The notes under the pieces are model-generated. The model saw only the letters and a list, made by a program, of their open reading frames with translations. It had not been told where the DNA came from and did no database searches. 64,000 bases of DNA from a virus, in IMG/VR virus record IMGVR_UViG_3300034954_001540, positions 1 to 64,000 of that record. One strand, written 5' to 3'. The stretch's first letter is position 1. Each line of letters starts with the position of its first letter. The position numbers and the translations under genes are program-made. Shown here in pieces: positions 42,801 to 51,818 of the stretch.

Positions 42801-44190
42801 GTCTGAGCCAGGCGGCACATCTGCAACGATTACCAGCATTAACTATAGCGGTGACTCCTACGACGCATATCCTACTGCTGCTCCTTCTTATCCTAATGAT
42901 GACAAGGAAGTGTTGGTTTATCACAGAAACCACGGTATGCACCAACGTAGTAACAACGTTGAGGTTGAGGGCATTATCTCTGAAGTGCCTCCTACCACAC
43001 TAACAACTACTTTGACTGCTGGCGCTACTTCGATTCAGGTCAACGATGCATCTCAATTCCACACCATTATTGGTGGTGCTCCTATCGGTAACCTCAATCA
43101 GGGTTATCTGATGATCGATGATGAGATCATTCAATACTCTGCAATCTCTGCTAACGGGCAGGTGATCACAGTTGCTACCTCTGGTAGAGGTAATAACGGC
43201 ACTGCTGATGTTGAGCACGCCTCTGGCGCAGTTGTGAAGTGTTACAACCTTGATGGTATTCCTCTAACAGAAATCAATAAGGTCCACACTAGCATCTCCT
43301 GCCCATGGTTGGATACCTACATGCTGCACATTGATCATGTTGCAACTAATGGTATTCGTGGCGGCGGCACAGATGTGTATGCTTCTCAGAATGTCCAGTT
43401 TGAAACCATCACACCTACTGTGTCTACGATGGTCTTACCTGACACTCAGATTAGTGCTCGCTTGAATACTACCACTGCTACATCTGTCGGAGACGGATCT
43501 ACTGTGGTTGATCAAAACTCTTTCATCAACAACGGCACTTATGTGGACATTGTGTTGAATGAGCAAAACCAGTTTACTGCTCCTCAGATGGTTGCATCTA
43601 AGATCAACGAGCAAAACAAACTGGATGGTAACAAGTCTCTTACCATGTCGATCATGCTTGAGACTGACAGGACAAACCTTTCTCCTGCTATTGACCTTGA
43701 CCGTGTGTCACTGATTACAACATCTAACCGCGTGAATATGTGGCCAGGTGGACAATCAACTTATGGTCAGCAATCTCAGATTGATAGAGATCAAGATGTT
43801 TCTACTCTTGCTATCGGTGATCAAAATGATGCTGTCTATATTACACGTCTCGCCCGCTTGGGTAGAGAAGCACGCTCACTGAAGATTGACTTCCAAGTCA
43901 CCCGTCACCCTGCTACCGAGCTTCGTATTTACTACAAGGCATTCAAGGTTGGCGACGCGACCGATCCTAATACTATTGGTTGGACACAAATGGGTCTACC
44001 CACTTCTAACCAAAACTTGGGTGAAGCATATGACACGACTCCTACAGAAGAGTATCTCTGGAAGGATTATACATATGAAGCAAGGGGACTTAACTTCAAC
44101 GCCTTCCAAGTGAAGATCGTGATGAGATCTAAGAATCAGGCTCGAGTACCACTTATAGCTGACTTAAGGTCTATTGCTCTTGCAACCTAA
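36883..44190 (+). CDS. VrlC-like (DUF4815-type) large virion structural protein
   Basis: MPQNTNLNIAPYFDDFD...FYRVLFRPG...QARELT, ARRTYEESGDY, DPLAQSF and LFKSQN are hallmarks of this cyanophage family. Confidence 0.85.
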   Translation: MPQNTNLNIAPYFDDFDKDKNFYRVLFRPGYPIQARELTTLQSILQNQIESIGQHFFKEGAMVIPGQVGYDLNVQAIILQQSFLGVDVETYRTQLHGQIVEGITTGVKAKVLYSISAAESERGYVTLYVKYIESGDTVSDTTIKGFQPNEQLLAENEITFGTTLIEIGSPFAQLLPVDSTAVASAAYINNGVYFIRGHFVDVQSANLILEQYSNNPSYRIGLEVSESIVTPEDDPSLNDNAAGTSNYSAPGGHRFKIKTSLVKKAINDSTDKNFVELLRINNSKVEQFVDSTAYSELEKSLARRTYEESGDYVIDTFSIKARECLDDGFNNGVYTPTQTTQQNNTPTDDLLTYEISPGRAYVKGYRTEFLTPQYVDAAKPRDFACVENGIIHFRLGNFVKVYDQYGWPNLTGEGVSDAYQVIELYDDWNTGVSNSVVGNQIGRARVVQIQIDQVNQYDMWFFDPQMFTAINFAAGNNSVSIGDVLRGRTSGARGFVADNGSGTHCKLEQVSGVFLNNEVIERDGRVIGTLEAAHTYNLSDVRRCLGRNSSNVVTFAANWLLNDNASIESSTVTLSGSGTLATGFRTKFAQDLRPGDVVTTTASGLNGSNTVRIKRVDPTLIATNTGNIATGGTPIFDYLNQTAIVDASLKKGTGNADGEYAEMVRMRPFIFQKDYQNGELSIDTPRTSMKSISDESFFVYRTFANKTVVSGGVTVSLPESEQFASLDNENYVLTIVAESGSSYSVGDNLDIDNLNDLGSLTVTFGADAQSITISGLTNVNTVKLTALISKNIVTRKIKTAAKMRALKVTRTRINNDQTKYGLAYGNLYGTRIEDEEISFALNDVYKIHAVYESEDDNDAESPYMVLSESTFFDNGSVVVGKTSGARGRVIQFVNATLRLYFVALNEIPFIPGETIDGVDDDGNPLQAIVDDSEGSVSKGSKVITTQFELESGQKAHFYDVCKLTRLPGFSPPIRKMLVVFDYFLHESSGDYFSSQSYTGILYKEIPKYKLDGSINYLRDQIDFRPGIGELASGSGTITAPFFVNCASLDFGSRQFDTSGGVGGSTIFDIPKVNTEFRCDYCFYLPRADKLYLTHDNQLKIVKGVSSEDLPHPDKIDNAMLLATIEMRPYVYDVERDVLIYPEIIRRYTMKDIGDLETRLSHVEYYTSLSLLEVQADNTKTYDDNGFDRLKNGYVVDDFTDHTVGDVLNIDYKCSMDFKEGHLRPSHYTTNVPLQINMAASSNVVKTAGNMVMLPYEDLAVITQPYASRTENVNPFNVFTFIGRIDLTPASDDWIDIERLPARVENVEGDFSAVARDLQIDQNGFAPIQWGGWQTNWTGESLQSTSRFSNRSGSFSAGGRRLGRLGHGQGRQPLFLHERRTYRVVNNQARQGVRTRVTPKIDRKSLGDSILSQTAIPWIRSRNIGFNIDRLKPRTRMYFFFDGVNVTGYVTPKVIELTKSSTSDPNSNETPFVVGETVVGQTSGARLKVAAANDGYKTDPYGVGDGALAESYASQTSFLNIDITAMAETVNPNFYGNVNVGEVLLGLTSGARAVVRDRRLLSDNIGNLQGTLFIPSPKNDSNPRWATGTRTVRVTTSDVNDRTPGNVDSSADATYSASGTLQTVRENILAVRNAEIVRDTVNDERTVITTRTEQRQIGWYDPLAQSFIVDEEGGSYLTGVDVFFRTKDANIPISIQIRTMENGYPTKDILPFSDTTIDPDTVELSENASIPTRFTFRSPVYIKSNIEYCFVLLSDSNEYNVWISRMGDIDVSGTRTISEQPYAGVLFKSQNASTWTADQYEDLKFTMYRAEFTQNLGTALFNNAELGKGNGGIHRLIENPIQTLKPKQTLTLPVGGNYTFTVGARIVQTPSGAEGTITEFDAVSDPETITITDIEGIWSSGFLDANNNPFQGIASSQSVATIVLSAIFNGTFEIGDVVSGSTSSATGVVTAYDVGTQTLTLNYITRAFDVSDTLSEPGGTSATITSINYSGDSYDAYPTAAPSYPNDDKEVLVYHRNHGMHQRSNNVEVEGIISEVPPTTLTTTLTAGATSIQVNDASQFHTIIGGAPIGNLNQGYLMIDDEIIQYSAISANGQVITVATSGRGNNGTADVEHASGAVVKCYNLDGIPLTEINKVHTSISCPWLDTYMLHIDHVATNGIRGGGTDVYASQNVQFETITPTVSTMVLPDTQISARLNTTTATSVGDGSTVVDQNSFINNGTYVDIVLNEQNQFTAPQMVASKINEQNKLDGNKSLTMSIMLETDRTNLSPAIDLDRVSLITTSNRVNMWPGGQSTYGQQSQIDRDQDVSTLAIGDQNDAVYITRLARLGREARSLKIDFQVTRHPATELRIYYKAFKVGDATDPNTIGWTQMGLPTSNQNLGEAYDTTPTEEYLWKDYTYEARGLNFNAFQVKIVMRSKNQARVPLIADLRSIALAT

Positions 44191-44220
44191 CACGGTTGAT
44201 TATAATAATTATTCTTTGAT

Positions 44221-44490
44221 ATGTCAAGCGAAGATTACATCAAACCCTTCAAAGAAGACCTAATCCCTGTCGAGGGCAGGGAAGGTTGGTTTCGAGATCC
44301 TGACAGTAATGCAATCGTAAATTGCAATCAGTCGGAGTATGACAATTATATGGCAGCATATAAGCGTCGCGAAGCTAAAGAAAAGAAGATGACCACTTTA
44401 CAAGATGAGGTATCTGAGTTAAAATCAGATATAGGTGAAATCAAAAACTTACTTAAATCATTACTACACGGAGACAACAATGCCAGCTGA
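44221..44490 (+). CDS. hypothetical protein with C-terminal coiled coil
   Basis: VEG...RDP-x-S-x-AIVN...LKSDIGEIKNLL, a small protein type commonly found after VrlC-like genes. Confidence 0.75.
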   Translation: MSSEDYIKPFKEDLIPVEGREGWFRDPDSNAIVNCNQSEYDNYMAAYKRREAKEKKMTTLQDEVSELKSDIGEIKNLLKSLLHGDNNAS

Positions 44491-44725
44491 TGTGACTGAA
44501 ACTGCATCTCAAGAAGAGCTTCTTGAGCAATTCAAAACTCGTTATCAGAATCTCTTGAAAGAGAATCGCGAGTTGTCAGAAAAAATTAAGAGTAACGAGG
44601 CAACTGCTCTTAAACTTCTCGGTGCTATTGAGACTCTGGAATATCTCAATCCACCTGCTGCCGAAGAAGAAATCGAGCCTCGACCAGATGGGACTATCGA
44701 TCCCGACGATCTGGATAAGACTTGA
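44480..44725 (+). CDS. hypothetical coiled-coil protein
   Basis: ATG at 44480 after GGAG. Reads MPADVTETASQEELL...KLLGAIETLEYL. Confidence 0.7.
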   Translation: MPADVTETASQEELLEQFKTRYQNLLKENRELSEKIKSNEATALKLLGAIETLEYLNPPAAEEEIEPRPDGTIDPDDLDKT

Positions 44726-44731
44726 CCCCTT

Positions 44732-44753
44732 GCCCCCGTTAAGGGGGTTTTTT
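44732..44753 (+). terminator. rho-independent terminator
   Basis: CCCCC-GTTAA-GGGGG stem-loop followed by TTTTTT, just after the stop at 44725. Confidence 0.85.
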
Positions 44754-44759
44754 CGTGAC

Positions 44760-44766
44760 ATAAATA
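44760..44766 (+). promoter_or_regulatory. putative late promoter (ATAAATA)
   Basis: Directly after the terminator and upstream of the fibre gene. Confidence 0.75.
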
Positions 44767-44807
44767 AGTCAGACAGACTAACTGTTGTGCTAGGATCCTT
44801 TTAAGCA

Positions 44808-47800
44808 ATGGCAAATAGAATTCAATTAAGACGTGACGGTGCTCAGCAGTGGGCAAACGTCAACCCTATTCTCGCTCAAGGTGAGTTAGGTATCGAAATT
44901 GATACTTCGCGTATCAAGATCGGTGATGGCGTCACCGCATGGAACTCTCTGAAGTATGAGAGACCGATCGAGACCGAATCAAACACCGCTAACACGTTGG
45001 TGAAACGTGATGCTGACGGTAACTTTGAGGCGGGTGCGATTACTGCTTCGTTGGTGGGTAACGCTGCCACGGCAACACGACTGGCAAACGCAAGACAGAT
45101 CGCTCTGGGTGGCGACATGTCTGGTGCAGGTACTTTTGATGGATCCTCTAACCTCACCATTACTGCCGAATTGAATTATGTGGTGGCACTTCCCCACTAC
45201 GATGAGAATGACCTAGCAGCAACAGGACAGTATACCCGTATCACAGTTGACTCTCGTGGTCGTATTGTGGATGCTGATAACCCAACATCACTGGGTGCAT
45301 TCGGTATTACTGACGCACAACCTTTGGATACTGATCTAACCTCACTTGCTAACATGGCAGGTTTTGGTCTTATCTCTAGACAGTCTGAAGGCACACTGGT
45401 CAACCGCAGTATTACTGGTGGTAGTGGTCGTATCATTGTACAGAATGGTAACGCTCAGTCTTCCAACCCATTTATTGACTTAGCAGATACCACAGTTGTG
45501 GTGGGTAAGTATAATACCCTCAACTCAATGGATCCTCTGGTCAATCCTTTGATCAGTGCTACAACTGGTGAGCAGACTGTTAACACTGTCAACATTCAAG
45601 TTGACAGATATGGTCGTTTAGTTTATGCTAATACTTCCCCTATCGCTACAGCAACGGAGGGCGCGAAGTCTGGCACATCTTTCACCACTTACGATAACGC
45701 TACTGTCTATCCTAGATTTTCAAAGGTTATTGCTTCTAACGGTCGCTGCTACCAAGCGGCTATTAGGGATATCCCTGCAGGACTCGGAGAGCCATCACAT
45801 AACATCCAAAATGGTGATGCAGACGATCAAGGTGGATGGAGAGATCTGGGTACTGATGGCATCGAGCAAAAAGGTCTGGCGAGTTTCGACCAAGAAGACT
45901 TCGATGTAGATGCTAACGGTCATGTAACAATCGCTGCAAACGCTATTGAGAATTCTCAACTACAATCGTTGGGTCGTCTCATGTTTACTGACCAAAATGC
46001 TACGGAGACTTTTGAGCTTGACCCCGAAAGGACAACTGATAATGCTTATCATGGCATTACCAAGCTTAATCACATTAACATTAACAACAGAACTGGCGGT
46101 AGCGTATTCCGTATCGTTGGTTACGATACTTCTGAATATCCTTTCCAACCTGGCATTCTGGATCAGGGCAATTCCTATCCTGCTGTTAATGCTGACGACG
46201 CTAACGGTAACGGTAGTGCCACCAGTGGATCATCTCTCACTGGCGCTGTTGACATTAACCTCGACACTACCATCGCTGGTAACATTACTCTTGATGTTAC
46301 AAAAGCCGACCAGTTTATTAAGCGAACGTCGGGTAATCTAGAGATTGCTCTAGAAGTTAATGAAGCGAATAATCGCTCTATGGACATCAACGTCACCAAT
46401 GCTGGTGGTGGAGATGCGACTTTCAACCTGACTGCTGATCAGGACATCACAATCAACGTGACTGATGTTGACCACAGAGTCAACATTGAGGACTTCCATA
46501 TTCAGGATAACGTCCTCTCAACTACAAACTCCACGATGATCCTTGATCCCAATGATGACGATGATGCCACTGGCGTCGTCAGAGTCCGTGGTGATCTTAC
46601 TGTTGATGGCACAACCACAACAGTTAACTCAACTGTGGTGACTATCCAAGACCCCATCATGACGCTGGGTGGTGAGGATACTCTTACAACAGATGACAAT
46701 AAGGACCGTGGTATCGAATTTAGATACTATGATAGCCAAGAGAGATTTGGTTTCTATGGGTGGGACGAAGATTACGCGGACGCTAACATATGGTCTGGCA
46801 CTGGCGGGTATCGCTTCCTCTACAACGCGACTAACTCAAGCGAAGTTTATTCTGGCACTGACGCTCCTATCATTGCTGGTAACCTCCGACTAACTACAAA
46901 TACTTCTTCTACTTGGAAGACACCTACAACTGGCACCTTGGTGGTGACTGGTGGCACAGGTATCTCTGAGAATCTTAACGTCGGTGGCACGACTCACCTG
47001 AATGGTAACGTTGAGATTGATGGCACAGTTGACATCGATGCCAACTTCGCTGTTAGAAACAATACTACTGACAAGTTTACTATCGAGAGTGCAACTGGTA
47101 ACACAGTTATCGAAGGCACACTAGATATCCAACTTGAAACAGAGATTACAGATAACCTGATTATCTCTGCAGATAATAAAGAATTCATTATCCGCACTGC
47201 TGGTAATGTCAATAAGTTTACTGTTGATACTGATAACGGTAACACTGAAATTCAGGGCACAGTCCACGTCATCAATGCCGTTGACTTCGATTCAACTCTT
47301 AACGTTGATGACGATGTTACATTCAACGCCAACTTTGATCTGGATGGCACTGCGCTCTTCCATAACGATATTACTCTTGATACCACTGGTAAGTATTTCA
47401 CTATTACCAATGGCAGTAGTCAAACATTCCGAGTCCTAAGCACTAATGGAAACACTGACATCGAAGGTAGTCTTAATGTTGGTGGTGTCAACACTTTTGA
47501 GCGCACTAACAATATCACTGTTGCTACGACTGACTCAGACATCACTCTGAGCAGCGGCGGCAATGCCACCTTTGCTGGTGGTGTCAACATGGATAAGGAT
47601 CTCCGTGTTGGTGGTGACATCTATCTGGCAGACCGTCTGGTCGTCAAAGATGCTGGCACAGCACGCACACGTCCTTCTCTGCTCAACAACGTTGATGTCT
47701 TGTATCGCACCTATATGGGTGGTGGCACAGCACACAACGCATCCTTTGCAGATGATGCTGATGCTCAGTTGAGAGTTGCTGGTGGTGTTGGTATTGTCCA

Positions 47801-50800
47801 AGACCTGCATGTTGGCGATGACTTCTACATTGGCAAGGTCAACACTAACGACAACGTTGAATTCTCTGTCCTTGGCGAATCTGGTTTCACAACCATCGGT
47901 CGTGTGGGTCAGGGTAACGCTACTGATGGTGCTATCGTTGTCCACGGTTACGCTACATTCAACGAGAGATTTACAATCAATGGTCCTCTGACCACGATTG
48001 GTGATTCTGCTACTGATGTGTTGACAGTCAACGCTGTCTCTACATTCACCGATAACGTTACTATCAATGGTGACTTCGACATCGATGGCAATGCCATTAT
48101 CGAAGGTAACTTGACAGTTAACGGAGTTACGACTACAGTAAATAGCACAGTAATGACGCTGGATGATCCTGTCATTACTTTAGGTGGGGACACTGCTCCT
48201 ACCCAGTCGGATGCTAAAGATCGTGGTATCGAATTCCGATACTACGATTCGACTGCCCGTGTTGGTTTCTTCGGTTGGGATAACTCCGCTTCGCGTTACG
48301 CTCTTTACCATAATGCAACCAACTCTAGTGAAGCATTCAGCGGCACAAGATCGGGTCTTGACGCTGGCTCACTTAAATTATTTGATACAACAAATGCAAC
48401 CAACTCTTCTTCTGGTACTCTCATCGTTGGCGGTGGCGCTGGTATCGGTCTTGATCTTTATGTTGGGGACGATCTTATCGTTACCGACAATGGCTCCTTC
48501 GGGGGTAACGTTGGGATCACTGGCACATTGGATGTTGCCGATGACTTCGCAGTTGCCTCTACATTTACTGTAGATGCACAGACTGGTAATACATTTGCTA
48601 ATGGCACATTTACTGTCAACGGCAACTCTATAATTGGTAACCAGTCCTCTGACTCCCACACAGTAAACGGCACAGTCCAGTTTAACGAAGCAGTTACTGG
48701 TGCTGCAAGATTCAACATTCGCGATCTTAAGATCGGCACAGATGCTGCTAACGAGATTGGCACTACTTCTGGTAACCTGATTCTCGATTCTGCTGGTGGC
48801 ACTGTCAACATCACAGATAATGCTGACGTAGACGGTAACCTCAATGTTGATGGCAATACACAGATTGATGGCACGCTCACGGTCGATGGCAACGCAACTA
48901 TCGGTAATGCTGCTGGGGATGCTCACAGCGTCACGGGTACTGTCCAATTCAACCAAGCGATTACTTCCACCGACATCACGGCGGATAACATCAAGATCGG
49001 CGTTGATGGTGCGACCGAAATCTCCACCACAGCGGGAGATCTAATTCTCGATTCTGCTGAAGGTAAAGTCCACATCACAGATAATGCTGAGATTGATGGA
49101 GCACTTACAGTTGATGGAAACACTCAACTTGGTGACTCTTCTGGCGACACTCTGACAGTTAACGCTACATCTACATTTAATGCTGCAATCACCTCCACAG
49201 ACATCACTGCTGACTCTGTAAGAATTGGTGTTGCTGCTTCTAACGAGATTGATACCTCCGCTGGTAACCTTGTCCTTGACTCTGCTGGTGGCACAGTCAA
49301 CATTACTGACGATGCTACAGTCAGCGGCACTCTGGTAGTTAGCAATCAGGCAACTATCAATGATACTCTGCTTGTAGATGCTACCAATGAAAACTTTGTC
49401 ATCAGATCTTCTCTGGTTGATAGATTCACTGTTGATACTGACAATGGTAACACCTTCATTGCTGGCACAACTCAGATCGAAGGTCTGACAACCATCAATG
49501 ATAATCTTGACCTCAACGGTAACATCGATGTATCTGGCACGTCTCAGTTTGGTGGTCGTGCAGAATTCAACGGCATCGTTGATATTGATAATAATTTTGC
49601 AGTCCGCTCTGGCACTACTGATAAGTTTACTATTGAGAATGCCTCTGGTAATTTCTCCACTGCTGGTAACGGTAGTATCACAGGCACTCTGGCAGTTACA
49701 AACACTGCTGCCTTTGCTGAGAAGGTCACACTCAGTGCTAATGAAACCGCTAACCGTCTAACTGCTAACGCAGCATTGATGGTCCCCAACGGTGGTATCG
49801 CAGTTTATGAAGATTCTTACTTCGGTGAGGATGTATTCATCGGACCTGACCAGAATGAAACCATCACCCTCTTCGGTGCTACAGGTAATATCACTGCAGA
49901 TGGCACAATCACCTCTGCCACAATGGTTGCTACTACAGCAAACATTGCTACCGTCAACACGACTTCTAACGTCAACGTTGGTGGATCGATTCTTGTTAAC
50001 ACTAACAAGTTTATTGTCCAAGGATCTACAGGTAACGTTACTGTTGCTGGCACCCTAGATGTTGCAGGCAGGACTATCATCGATGATACCCTGAATGTTA
50101 CTCAGAATGTTGACTTCGATGCTGACTTGAATGTTGATGGTAATCAGCAACTGGACGGCACACTGACTGTTGACAGCACCTCACTGTTTAAGGACAGCAT
50201 GGTCCTCCGTGGTGCTACTAAGACACTCAAGTTGCAGAATGGTAGCGGCACTGACAAGATCACCCTGCACTCCACATCTGGTAATGCAGAGATCACAGGC
50301 ACCTCTACTCTGGGCACTCTGGCAGTCACCAACAACACCACTATCGGTGGCACACTAGGCGTTACAGGACAGATCACTGGTGATATTACTGGTGACCTGA
50401 CAGGTACTGCAGACAAGGCAAATCTGGTTGATGTTACTGAAACTGGATCTTCTAACCTTACTTACTATCCTGTCTTTGTTTCTGCTAACACAGGTCACAC
50501 TGAAATCAGGACTGACTCTCAGCAACTCCAGTACAATCCATACGAAAACAGACTTACTGTTACTAACTTCAGATCAACCACTGACTTTGAAGTCCAAGGT
50601 AACTTGAATGTTACTGGTGCTTTGACATTCATGCAGTCACAGGTTGGTAGTATTGCTAACCATGATACTGACGCTCTGTCAGAAGGCACTACTAATCTCT
50701 ACTTCACTAACGAGAGAGTTGATGATCGTGTTGCTGCACTAATCGATGGCGGCACAGGTATTTCGGCAACGTATAATGATGCTGGTAACCTTCTGTCTCT

Positions 50801-51812
50801 TGCTGTTGACTTCGGTGAGATCAACACTGACAATCTGACTGAGGGCAGCACCAATAGATTCCATACTCAAGCGAGGGTCAGAAATGCGTTTACTTATGGC
50901 ACTGGTATACAGCACGACGGCAGTGGCGGTCTTTCAGTTACTCAGTCGGATATCAATACTGATAACGTCACAGAAGGATCAACCAACATCTTCTTTACTA
51001 ACGCCCGCACTCGTGGTGCATTGTCTGTTAGTGGCGACCTCGGTTACAATGCTTCTACTGGTGTCTTCTCCTTCACCGAGCGCACTGATGCTGAGGTAAA
51101 TGGACTTGCTGATGCTCGTATTGCACTGAATGTTGGCACAAACCTTGACCTGAGCAATCAGGATACTGGTGACCTTGCAGAGGGCACAAACCTCTACTAC
51201 ACCAACGCTCGTGCTGATGCTCGCATTGCACTTCAAGTTGGTGCAAACCTTGATATTAGCAACCAGTCCACAAGCGACCTGTCTGAGGGCACTAACCTCT
51301 ACTTTACTAACGCTCGTGCTGATGCTAGAGCAGATGCAAGAATTGCTGCTTCAGATACGAATAATCTTAGTGAAGGATCTAATAACCTTTACTACACCGA
51401 TGCTCGTGCTGACGCTCGTATTGCTAATGCTGCAGGTAACTATGCAACTGCTGCACAAGGCACGCTGGCAGATTCCGCTACACAACCAGGAGATCTGGCA
51501 ACTGTAGCAACCAGCGGATCTTACAATGATCTGTCTAACTTGCCTACGCTCTTCTCTGGAGCATATGCTGACCTGACTGGTAAACCTACATTATTCTCTG
51601 GTGCTTATGCTGACCTGACTGGCAAACCTACATTGGGCACTGCCGCTGCTACTGACAGCACTGCATATGCAACTGCTGCACAAGGCACACAGGCAAACAC
51701 CAATGATACTGACATTGATGATCTCTACACCGCTCTCAATGCGATCGGTAATGATGCTTCTATCACCAATATGACTCAACTCAAGGCTGCTCTTGCCGCT
51801 CTCACTCGCTGA
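44808..51812 (+). CDS. long tail-fibre-like protein (2334 aa)
   Basis: N-terminal RIQLRRD...W...NPILAQGELGIE-x-DT...KIGDG...W (Mtd/hyaluronidase-type N-terminus). Long G-x-L-x-V-x-G beta repeats, with EGTNLY(F/Y)T and YADLTGKP repeats at the C-terminus. Confidence 0.8.
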   Translation: MANRIQLRRDGAQQWANVNPILAQGELGIEIDTSRIKIGDGVTAWNSLKYERPIETESNTANTLVKRDADGNFEAGAITASLVGNAATATRLANARQIALGGDMSGAGTFDGSSNLTITAELNYVVALPHYDENDLAATGQYTRITVDSRGRIVDADNPTSLGAFGITDAQPLDTDLTSLANMAGFGLISRQSEGTLVNRSITGGSGRIIVQNGNAQSSNPFIDLADTTVVVGKYNTLNSMDPLVNPLISATTGEQTVNTVNIQVDRYGRLVYANTSPIATATEGAKSGTSFTTYDNATVYPRFSKVIASNGRCYQAAIRDIPAGLGEPSHNIQNGDADDQGGWRDLGTDGIEQKGLASFDQEDFDVDANGHVTIAANAIENSQLQSLGRLMFTDQNATETFELDPERTTDNAYHGITKLNHININNRTGGSVFRIVGYDTSEYPFQPGILDQGNSYPAVNADDANGNGSATSGSSLTGAVDINLDTTIAGNITLDVTKADQFIKRTSGNLEIALEVNEANNRSMDINVTNAGGGDATFNLTADQDITINVTDVDHRVNIEDFHIQDNVLSTTNSTMILDPNDDDDATGVVRVRGDLTVDGTTTTVNSTVVTIQDPIMTLGGEDTLTTDDNKDRGIEFRYYDSQERFGFYGWDEDYADANIWSGTGGYRFLYNATNSSEVYSGTDAPIIAGNLRLTTNTSSTWKTPTTGTLVVTGGTGISENLNVGGTTHLNGNVEIDGTVDIDANFAVRNNTTDKFTIESATGNTVIEGTLDIQLETEITDNLIISADNKEFIIRTAGNVNKFTVDTDNGNTEIQGTVHVINAVDFDSTLNVDDDVTFNANFDLDGTALFHNDITLDTTGKYFTITNGSSQTFRVLSTNGNTDIEGSLNVGGVNTFERTNNITVATTDSDITLSSGGNATFAGGVNMDKDLRVGGDIYLADRLVVKDAGTARTRPSLLNNVDVLYRTYMGGGTAHNASFADDADAQLRVAGGVGIVQDLHVGDDFYIGKVNTNDNVEFSVLGESGFTTIGRVGQGNATDGAIVVHGYATFNERFTINGPLTTIGDSATDVLTVNAVSTFTDNVTINGDFDIDGNAIIEGNLTVNGVTTTVNSTVMTLDDPVITLGGDTAPTQSDAKDRGIEFRYYDSTARVGFFGWDNSASRYALYHNATNSSEAFSGTRSGLDAGSLKLFDTTNATNSSSGTLIVGGGAGIGLDLYVGDDLIVTDNGSFGGNVGITGTLDVADDFAVASTFTVDAQTGNTFANGTFTVNGNSIIGNQSSDSHTVNGTVQFNEAVTGAARFNIRDLKIGTDAANEIGTTSGNLILDSAGGTVNITDNADVDGNLNVDGNTQIDGTLTVDGNATIGNAAGDAHSVTGTVQFNQAITSTDITADNIKIGVDGATEISTTAGDLILDSAEGKVHITDNAEIDGALTVDGNTQLGDSSGDTLTVNATSTFNAAITSTDITADSVRIGVAASNEIDTSAGNLVLDSAGGTVNITDDATVSGTLVVSNQATINDTLLVDATNENFVIRSSLVDRFTVDTDNGNTFIAGTTQIEGLTTINDNLDLNGNIDVSGTSQFGGRAEFNGIVDIDNNFAVRSGTTDKFTIENASGNFSTAGNGSITGTLAVTNTAAFAEKVTLSANETANRLTANAALMVPNGGIAVYEDSYFGEDVFIGPDQNETITLFGATGNITADGTITSATMVATTANIATVNTTSNVNVGGSILVNTNKFIVQGSTGNVTVAGTLDVAGRTIIDDTLNVTQNVDFDADLNVDGNQQLDGTLTVDSTSLFKDSMVLRGATKTLKLQNGSGTDKITLHSTSGNAEITGTSTLGTLAVTNNTTIGGTLGVTGQITGDITGDLTGTADKANLVDVTETGSSNLTYYPVFVSANTGHTEIRTDSQQLQYNPYENRLTVTNFRSTTDFEVQGNLNVTGALTFMQSQVGSIANHDTDALSEGTTNLYFTNERVDDRVAALIDGGTGISATYNDAGNLLSLAVDFGEINTDNLTEGSTNRFHTQARVRNAFTYGTGIQHDGSGGLSVTQSDINTDNVTEGSTNIFFTNARTRGALSVSGDLGYNASTGVFSFTERTDAEVNGLADARIALNVGTNLDLSNQDTGDLAEGTNLYYTNARADARIALQVGANLDISNQSTSDLSEGTNLYFTNARADARADARIAASDTNNLSEGSNNLYYTDARADARIANAAGNYATAAQGTLADSATQPGDLATVATSGSYNDLSNLPTLFSGAYADLTGKPTLFSGAYADLTGKPTLGTAAATDSTAYATAAQGTQANTNDTDIDDLYTALNAIGNDASITNMTQLKAALAALTR
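51552..51635 (+). repeat. 42-bp tandem duplication (FSGAYADLTGKPTL x2) in the fibre C-terminus
   Basis: Units start at 51552 and 51594 and differ only at synonymous sites. Confidence 0.9.
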
Positions 51813-51818
51813 TAACTA

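Noticed and set aside
44174-44212. TATAAT at 44201 as an early promoter
   Set aside because: The nearest TTG hexamers are at 15 and 21 bp spacing and the context is AT-rich, so it is too weak to call.
44808-51812. Possible diversity-generating retroelement target, suggested by the Mtd-like N-terminus
   Set aside because: No reverse transcriptase is in the window and I saw no template/variable repeat pair differing at adenines. The repeats differ at synonymous positions.
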